Source of the DNA: Candidatus Agathobaculum merdigallinarum
GTDB lineage: Bacteria > Bacillota > Clostridia > Oscillospirales > Butyricicoccaceae
Reading direction: 5' to 3'
NCBI GenBank assembly: GCA_019115425.1
Contig: DXDO01000129.1
Coordinates: 1 to 43,541 of the forward strand
DNA: 43,541 nt
The position numbers were made by a program, and so were the translations under genes. This document shows, in pieces, positions 37,844 to 43,541 of this stretch (position 1 is its first letter; each line of letters begins with the position of its first letter). The notes below the pieces were generated by a model, which was not told the DNA's origin, made no database searches, and saw nothing but the letters and a program-made list of their open reading frames with translations.

Positions 37844-38536
37844 ATGTCCCACACCATTCCCATGCGCGTGATCGCACACATTCACAGCGATTTTCCAACC
37901 AAATTTGGTATCCCTCGTCAAAGCGGGCTGGCCGACGCGCCCGCACGCATTGTTTTCGAACCCGAATACCGCAATGCCGACGCATTGCGCGGCATCGAGG
38001 GATTTTCGCATCTCTGGCTGCTCTGGCATTTTTCCAAGGCCGAGCGCGAGGGCTGGTCTCCAACCGTGCGCCCGCCCAAGCTGGGCGGCAACAAGCGCGT
38101 AGGCGTGTTCGCCACACGCTCCCCCTTTCGGCCGAACGCCATCGGACTATCCTCCGTCCGGCTGGATCGGGTCGAACTGCAAACGCCCGACGGCCCAGTG
38201 CTGCATATCGCAGGCGCCGACCTGATGGACGGCACGCCGATTCTGGATATCAAGCCCTATCTGGCCTATACGGACGCGCATCCGGACGCCGTGGGCGGCT
38301 TCGCCGACCCTGTCTCACAGCGCGCATTGCCGGTGGACTGCCCTCTTGCTCTGCTCGAACCTCTGCCCGAAAACCGGCGGGAGGCGCTGCTCGCCGTGCT
38401 TGCGCAGGACCCGCGTCCGGGCTACCAACACGAGCCGGACAGAGTGTACGGTTTCCCGTTCGCGGGCTTCGAGGTGCGCTTTTCGGTCTCGGACGGCCGC
38501 CTGACGGTCGTTGATATCCAGCCCGCGGAGGGATAA
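37844..38536 (+). CDS. tsaA: tRNA (t6A37)-N6-methyltransferase TrmO
   Basis: KFGIPRQSG, FSHLWLLW.F, PTVRPP.LGGN..VGVFATRSPFRPN, DGTPILDIKPY and QDPRP. Confidence 0.95.
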   Translation: MSHTIPMRVIAHIHSDFPTKFGIPRQSGLADAPARIVFEPEYRNADALRGIEGFSHLWLLWHFSKAEREGWSPTVRPPKLGGNKRVGVFATRSPFRPNAIGLSSVRLDRVELQTPDGPVLHIAGADLMDGTPILDIKPYLAYTDAHPDAVGGFADPVSQRALPVDCPLALLEPLPENRREALLAVLAQDPRPGYQHEPDRVYGFPFAGFEVRFSVSDGRLTVVDIQPAEG

Positions 38537-38554
38537 ATTCCGCTTTGCAAACAC

Positions 38555-38587
38555 AAAACCGCCCCGGAACTTTCCGGGGCGGTTTTT
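38555..38587. terminator. Bidirectional intrinsic terminator between tsaA and the DUF4914 gene
   Basis: AAAACCGCCCCGGAA-ct-TTCCGGGGCGGTTTT between convergent stops. Confidence 0.85.
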
Positions 38588-38600
38588 ATATGCGTTTTTA

Positions 38601-40475
38601 TTACAGGTTGGTCGGGGTGATCGCCTCAAAGTCCTCGAGCTTGCCGCCGCGCATGAAGCATTCGATGATCTCCTTGCCGCGCGGGTCGAGTTCAGGCGTA
38701 TCGAACTTCGCCAGTTCCTTGCGGAAGAAGTTCTCCAGGATCTTCGCGCCCGCATCATAGCCTTCGGTGCCGACGCGGTCCTGCGTATCGACGCGCAGGT
38801 ACTTGGAGCGGATGCGCTGGCCGTCGATCGTCATATCCTTCATTGCGTAGCCGAGCAGCGGGCAGCGGGCCGGTTCCAGATGCTCGCGGCGGATGCGCGC
38901 GCCGCCGTGGCGGGCAAGATACTCGCGGGAGATCCACTCAGCCGCAAAGCCGACCTTATACACGCCGATGTGCTGGTTCGGGATGAGCACATAGCGGGTA
39001 TTCGGGCAGTTCATGATCTGCTCCAGCAGCAGGTTGGCCTGCTTGACGCGCTGGCCGGTCGCAAACGGCCAGTAGGAGCCGACGCCCTCGCTCTTGAGCT
39101 CGTTGCCGGTCACGATGGACGGGTTGTTGAAGCCGCGCGGCGCAACCAGACGCCACAGCCAGGCGAGTGCAGGCGGGATAATGTGCATCATGCCCATGAT
39201 GCCGTAGTTCGGATTCTCGCGCGTCGTGGGGGGCATGCGCACGCCGAACGAGCGCACGTCGACCTCCACAGGCTCCTTGACGATATGCGGCACATCCCAG
39301 CGCGGCACGATCGCGCGCGGGTTGGAGCAGGGCTTGCCGTTGGAATCGAGCGTATGCTCCCAAATCAGCAGAGTCGCGCCCGCATGGCCTTCCATATTGA
39401 AGAAGCAGAGCGGCTCCTTCGGCTCGGTGCAGATGCGCTCGTACACCGGATCGCAGCCGTAATGGGTCACGCCATCCATGCGCAGGAACCAGCCGTCCTC
39501 GCCGTCCACCAGCACAAGCTTGCCCGACCGGTTTTGAAGCTGCGGATAGCAGGTCGCCATATCGTCGCACACCGGCTCGATCGAGCAGGTCGCGCCCATG
39601 TTGATATAGGTCTCCTCACCGGTCACAGTGTTGGTAGAGAGCAGCACGCGGCCGTCCGGATCGCGGGCGATGTCCTGCAGCATCTCGCTCTTGCCGCCGC
39701 CGGAAGCGCCCTCGTGCATGATGACCATTTCGTTTTCATACGGGGTAACGAGACGGCCGCAGGAGGTGTGCGCGGTCACCCAGCCCTCCTGCTCGCCGAT
39801 GTCGAGCAGCACCGAGTATACGCCCTTCTTGGCGGACGGGCCGGGATACAGGTTGTAGGAAAATACCTCGTGGCAGTCGTCCAGGCGGTTGTGCACAACG
39901 ACCTGCTTGCCCTCGAAGTGGGTATGGCGGAACGGGGGCGCCACGTAAACGATCGCGCGCGGCTTGTAGCCGTCGCACTCCTCGGCGTTGACAAAGCCCT
40001 GCAGATGCGCCAGCGCGAACGCGAAAAACGCGCACTGCTTGGGGCACACGAGCATGGAGCCGTAGCCGTAGATATTGCCGCCCGAGTTAAAGGGCATCAG
40101 GATCAGCTCCTGCGTCTTGAACCAGTCCATGGTTTCCTTGCGCAGATCGCTGAAAGGATAGCCGTATACATCCGCAAAGCGCTTTTTGTCGGTCGGCTTG
40201 TCGTCCGCGATGCGCATGCAGTCCGGCTCACGGCGGCGCATATAGTCCTCCACGAAGTTGACCGAGGCGCCGTTCTTGCAGCGGGTCACGTCCGCTTCCT
40301 TGACCGGACCTTTGCCGGGCACGTCGAACACGACGTCGTAAACATCCGCATGCTCGGGCCCGAACACCATGTCGTACAGCTCCGCCTTGCTGGTCGGCAC
40401 TGATACGCCTTTGCAGTGTTCGATCACATCGGTCAGCTCATCTGTAAAAGTGAATTTGGTCAGCAGAGAGTTCAT
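38601..40475 (-). CDS. DUF4914 family protein, PEP carboxykinase-like fold
   Basis: YPGPSAKKG, AHTS, GASGGGKSE P-loop, CDD and NPRA in PEPCK motif order; AAGGAGG RBS; 624 aa. Confidence 0.82.
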   Translation of the reverse strand: MNSLLTKFTFTDELTDVIEHCKGVSVPTSKAELYDMVFGPEHADVYDVVFDVPGKGPVKEADVTRCKNGASVNFVEDYMRRREPDCMRIADDKPTDKKRFADVYGYPFSDLRKETMDWFKTQELILMPFNSGGNIYGYGSMLVCPKQCAFFAFALAHLQGFVNAEECDGYKPRAIVYVAPPFRHTHFEGKQVVVHNRLDDCHEVFSYNLYPGPSAKKGVYSVLLDIGEQEGWVTAHTSCGRLVTPYENEMVIMHEGASGGGKSEMLQDIARDPDGRVLLSTNTVTGEETYINMGATCSIEPVCDDMATCYPQLQNRSGKLVLVDGEDGWFLRMDGVTHYGCDPVYERICTEPKEPLCFFNMEGHAGATLLIWEHTLDSNGKPCSNPRAIVPRWDVPHIVKEPVEVDVRSFGVRMPPTTRENPNYGIMGMMHIIPPALAWLWRLVAPRGFNNPSIVTGNELKSEGVGSYWPFATGQRVKQANLLLEQIMNCPNTRYVLIPNQHIGVYKVGFAAEWISREYLARHGGARIRREHLEPARCPLLGYAMKDMTIDGQRIRSKYLRVDTQDRVGTEGYDAGAKILENFFRKELAKFDTPELDPRGKEIIECFMRGGKLEDFEAITPTNL

Positions 40476-40589
40476 CTATTTGTTTCCTCCTTTTCACACT
40501 GCCGCGTTCTTCCCAAAACGCCGTCCAGTGTGTCCACGGAACCTTGTTAAAAAAATGACGTTTAACAAGGCCTATTGTTCTTCATTTAT

Positions 40590-40619
40590 AGCATACCGCA
40601 AAACCGGCCCCTTCGTCAA
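40590..40619 (-). promoter_or_regulatory. SigA-type promoter for the DUF4914 gene
   Basis: Minus strand TTGACG-18 nt-TATGCT, about 115 nt upstream of the ATG. Confidence 0.55.
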
Positions 40620-40726
40620 CTCATTTTCACATTTTTGCAGGATTTTAGACAACTTCTTGCAATGTGTACAAAACCCAACAAATGTTTTCATCTGTTTTTC
40701 TCACATGGACAAGTGTTCTTCGCGCA

Positions 40727-41908
40727 TCAATCCGTGAAACGGACGGTAATGCGCACGATTTCGCTGCGGGTGCCCACGCGCATATCCGGCCCCCAGACAC
40801 CCAGCCCCGAGGTGACGACCGAGTACATCCCCCCTACCTGCAAACAGCCGCAGGGATTGTCCCAGAGAAGCGGCATGAGCAGGTTGCCCGGAAATACCTG
40901 CCCGTCATGTGTATGGCCGGACAGATCGAGGTCTGCGCCCGCCGCGGCCAGTTCGTTCAGTTCCTTCGGCTGATGGTCGATGACAAAAACAGGCTGCTCC
41001 GGATCGAGCGGCTCCAGCAGCTGCTCCGGCGCCAGCCGGGCGCTGTCCAGCTTGCGGCTGCGCGAGGGGTCCTTACGCCCGACCAGCTGCACGCCGTTTG
41101 CGAGCGTCACCGCCTCGTCCTCCAGCAGGGTGATACCCGCCTTTTCGAGGAAACCGGTCATGCGCGGATCATCCTTGTCCGCGTCGGCCGTATCCCAGGT
41201 AAATCCTGCGAGGATGGGTTCGGAAACGTCGTGGTTGCCCCAGCAGGCATAGGTGCCGTATGTACTCCGCATGGACGCCAGCGCCGCCGCGATCCGTTCC
41301 GGTTCGGGTACTGCCTCATATTCGTTGTCAAAAATATCGCCCGCGATCACAACAAGATCGGGCTGCATGGCGTTCACCACCTGCGCCGTCTGCTCGATGT
41401 AGGCTGGGTCGGTGTTATACCCCAGATGCAGGTCAGCCAGCAGGGCGACCGTCATGTCCTCCCCTTTGCCGTCCAGCGCGACCTCGTAATCCGTCACACG
41501 CAGCGTATCGGCATTCACCATGCCGTATATGCACACCGCGCACACCAGCGCAAGCGCAATGCCGCCCTGCACCTGCCGCACGCGCTGCATCTGTATAAAA
41601 TCTTTTTTTCGCACTCTGCGCACGGCAAACAGCATGATTTCCACCAACAGGATCGCCAGCCCCAGATACAGCATGCAGCCGAACCAGTAGTTGCCGATCT
41701 GCCGAAGAAGGTGCCGCAGCGCGGGCGGCGACTGCACCAGGAATCCGGTCAGCGGCGTGACCGACACAAAGGCATACAGAATGATAAAGATAATCCGGAA
41801 TGCCCTCGTGCCGAACAGCCGGTGACAGCAGCCTGTCCAGCGCAGCACCCAATGCGCCAAATACAGGTTCACCAATATATAAAACGGCGCGAAAACCAAA
41901 GCAAGCAT
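40727..41908 (-). CDS. Membrane-anchored calcineurin-like metallophosphoesterase (YkuE/YaeI-like)
   Basis: N-terminal TM helices; DLH, GDIFD, GNHD, DHQP and SGHTHDGQ. Confidence 0.9.
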   Translation of the reverse strand: MLALVFAPFYILVNLYLAHWVLRWTGCCHRLFGTRAFRIIFIILYAFVSVTPLTGFLVQSPPALRHLLRQIGNYWFGCMLYLGLAILLVEIMLFAVRRVRKKDFIQMQRVRQVQGGIALALVCAVCIYGMVNADTLRVTDYEVALDGKGEDMTVALLADLHLGYNTDPAYIEQTAQVVNAMQPDLVVIAGDIFDNEYEAVPEPERIAAALASMRSTYGTYACWGNHDVSEPILAGFTWDTADADKDDPRMTGFLEKAGITLLEDEAVTLANGVQLVGRKDPSRSRKLDSARLAPEQLLEPLDPEQPVFVIDHQPKELNELAAAGADLDLSGHTHDGQVFPGNLLMPLLWDNPCGCLQVGGMYSVVTSGLGVWGPDMRVGTRSEIVRITVRFTD

Positions 41909-41978
41909 CGTCAGTCCCCCAGGAAAACCGCCAAATCGTCAAAAGAAAACAGCGCGGGCGCCAAAGCGCCCGCCTCGC

Positions 41979-42761
41979 TCACCTCTTCCAACGCTCCCAT
42001 ACACGGGTGACGGACGAACATCTGCCGTCCCGCCCGATTTCAAAGACCGCGCCCGAAAGCGCACAGTCGCCCGGGGCGGTTTTGAAATACTCGGTCAGGT
42101 CGCCGCGGAACATGGCGACCGACTGCTCGACGCACACGCCCAGCACGGACACGATCGGCCCTGTCATGCCGATATCCGTGATATAGCCCGATCCCTTGGG
42201 ATTTACGCGGTTGTCCGCGGTCTGCACATGGGTGTGCGTGCCCCAGATGGCGGACGCGCGGCCGTCCAGATAATAGCCCATGGCGAGTTTTTCGCTCGTG
42301 GCGTTCGCATGGATCTCTGCAAGGGCGATGTCGTATTTGCCCGCCGCCTCGCCGAGGATCTTATCCGCGCGCAGGAACGGGTTATCCGGCCCGTAGTGCA
42401 TGTCGCACCGGCCGATCAGGTTCATCACCAGCAGGCGCAGGCCCTGCGGCCCGTCGTAGATGCCCCAGCCCTGCCCTGGGCTTTGCGGGGCAAGGTTGGC
42501 AGGGCGCAGTACGTTCGAATGCTCGTCCAAATAGGGCGCGATCTGCTGCTTGGAAAACGCGTGGTTTCCCAGCGTGATCACATCCGCGCCCGCGGCAAAG
42601 ATATCGTCCGCCTGCTTCGGGGTAACGCCCCGCCCTGCGGCGTTCTCGCCGTTGACGATCACGAAATCCGCGCCGTGCTCGCGTTTGACACGGCGAAGCA
42701 GGCCGTGCAGGGTGTCGATCCCCGCTTCGCCGACCACGTCGCCGATGGTTAAAACTTTCAT
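41979..42761 (-). CDS. ymdB: TIGR00282 family metallophosphoesterase YmdB
   Basis: GDVVG, NGENAA, TLGNH, RPAN, HA.ATSEK, GTHTHVQTAD and TDIGMTG. Confidence 0.93.
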   Translation of the reverse strand: MKVLTIGDVVGEAGIDTLHGLLRRVKREHGADFVIVNGENAAGRGVTPKQADDIFAAGADVITLGNHAFSKQQIAPYLDEHSNVLRPANLAPQSPGQGWGIYDGPQGLRLLVMNLIGRCDMHYGPDNPFLRADKILGEAAGKYDIALAEIHANATSEKLAMGYYLDGRASAIWGTHTHVQTADNRVNPKGSGYITDIGMTGPIVSVLGVCVEQSVAMFRGDLTEYFKTAPGDCALSGAVFEIGRDGRCSSVTRVWERWKR

Positions 42762-42785
42762 CGTGTACCTTTCCTTCTCTTGATT

Positions 42786-43307
42786 TCACAGTCTTACCGG
42801 CTCGTAAACCAGTTCTGCCATGCCGCCCGACTGCCGCACGGACACCAGCCGCTGTATTTCGCCCTCTGGGAACAGCCGGATGCCGCCGCTGAGCAGCACG
42901 GGAAGCACGGTCAGGTGCCAGCGGTCAATCTCGCCCGCGGCGGCTGCCGCCGCGAGCAGCTCCGCGCCGCCGCACAGCCAGATGTCCTTGCCGTGCTTAC
43001 GCTTTTGCGCGCGCAGCCACTCGGCAAAGTCCCCCTCGATGCACTGCGCATGGGGCAGCGGCCCGCTGTCATGCGTCCAAACCCAACAGTCCAGCCCCGC
43101 ATGCGGCCATACATCCGGCGAAAGCGTTTCTGTGACCTGCCGATAGGTTCGGCCGCCCATAACGACCGTATCCACGCCCTGCACGAAGGCTTCGTAGCCG
43201 CCGTCCTCCTGCGCGTCCGCGAAATCATCCAGCCAGTCCACGCCGCCATCCCTATCCGCGATAAAGCCGTCCAAGCTGACCGCCAGATATGCCACTGCCT
43301 TGCGCAT
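42786..43307 (-). CDS. Dihydrofolate reductase / RibD C-terminal domain family protein
   Basis: SLDGFIA..DGGVDWL, MGGRTY, IWLCGG and PVLLSGGIRLF; ATG at 43307 after AAGGAAGG; 173 aa. Confidence 0.88.
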   Translation of the reverse strand: MRKAVAYLAVSLDGFIADRDGGVDWLDDFADAQEDGGYEAFVQGVDTVVMGGRTYRQVTETLSPDVWPHAGLDCWVWTHDSGPLPHAQCIEGDFAEWLRAQKRKHGKDIWLCGGAELLAAAAAAGEIDRWHLTVLPVLLSGGIRLFPEGEIQRLVSVRQSGGMAELVYEPVRL

Positions 43308-43322
43308 ATGCCCTTCCTTTCC

Positions 43323-43357
43323 AAAAAGGGAGGCGGACAGCCCTCTGTCCGCCTCCC
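43323..43357 (-). terminator. Intrinsic terminator immediately upstream of the DHFR-family RBS
   Basis: 13-bp stem GGGAGGCGGACAG-aggg-CTGTCCGCCTCCC followed by TTTTT on the minus strand. Confidence 0.65.
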
Positions 43358-43372
43358 CCGTTCTCATTTCAA

Positions 43373-43541
43373 GCCGCGCCCCGCGGCAATTTAACAGAAA
43401 ATCGCCCCGCGATTTTCATAAAAAGTCAGGACATGCGCCTGACTTTTTATACAAAGGCCAAAAGGCGGAAAAATCAAAATTTTTCTGTCTTTTGGGCGCA
43501 ATAGCTGTTTCAGGCGCAGCCTGACAACAGCGTCCCTCGAT
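43373..43541 (+). repeat. Multi-hairpin dispersed element, copy E (truncated by the window end)
   Basis: GCCGCG-ccc-CGCGGC, GAAAATCGC-ccc-GCGATTTTC, ATAAAAAGTCAGG-ACATGCG-CCTGACTTTTTAT and two further hairpins; ends TCGAT at the start of the terminal palindrome. Confidence 0.85.

Overview
A GC-rich chromosomal segment of a Clostridia-type Firmicute (gene content suggests an Oscillospirales/Butyricicoccaceae-like gut anaerobe; this is inference). It holds about 41 mostly housekeeping genes, nearly all on the minus strand: nrdR, secDF, purB, an aspartate aminotransferase, the long cluster yloC-remA-gmk-rpoZ-coaBC-priA-(GNAT)-def-fmt-Zn peptidase-rsmB-rlmN-stp-pknB-rsgA-thiN, cdaA-cdaR, a cysteine desulfurase, htrA with an OmpR/HAMP two-component pair, tsaA, a PEPCK-like DUF4914-type gene, ymdB and a DHFR/RibD-C gene. 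I saw no rRNA, tRNA, CRISPR array, prophage or transposase. The most striking signal is non-coding: five dispersed 160-240 bp intergenic copies of one modular multi-hairpin element (17981-18174, 20679-20837, 22461-22696, 35340-35526, 43373-43541+). Their stems co-vary, one loop (ACATGYG) is conserved, and G-U/G-T wobbles fall on the same element strand whatever the host gene orientation. One copy has imperfect terminal inverted repeats and a target duplication inside a terminator hairpin, which points to a non-autonomous structured mobile element or ncRNA family. Other notable items are a PASTA kinase with HQD instead of HRD, a PEPCK-like protein with a structured leader, and an uncharacterised DUF5685 / J-domain / membrane protein module.
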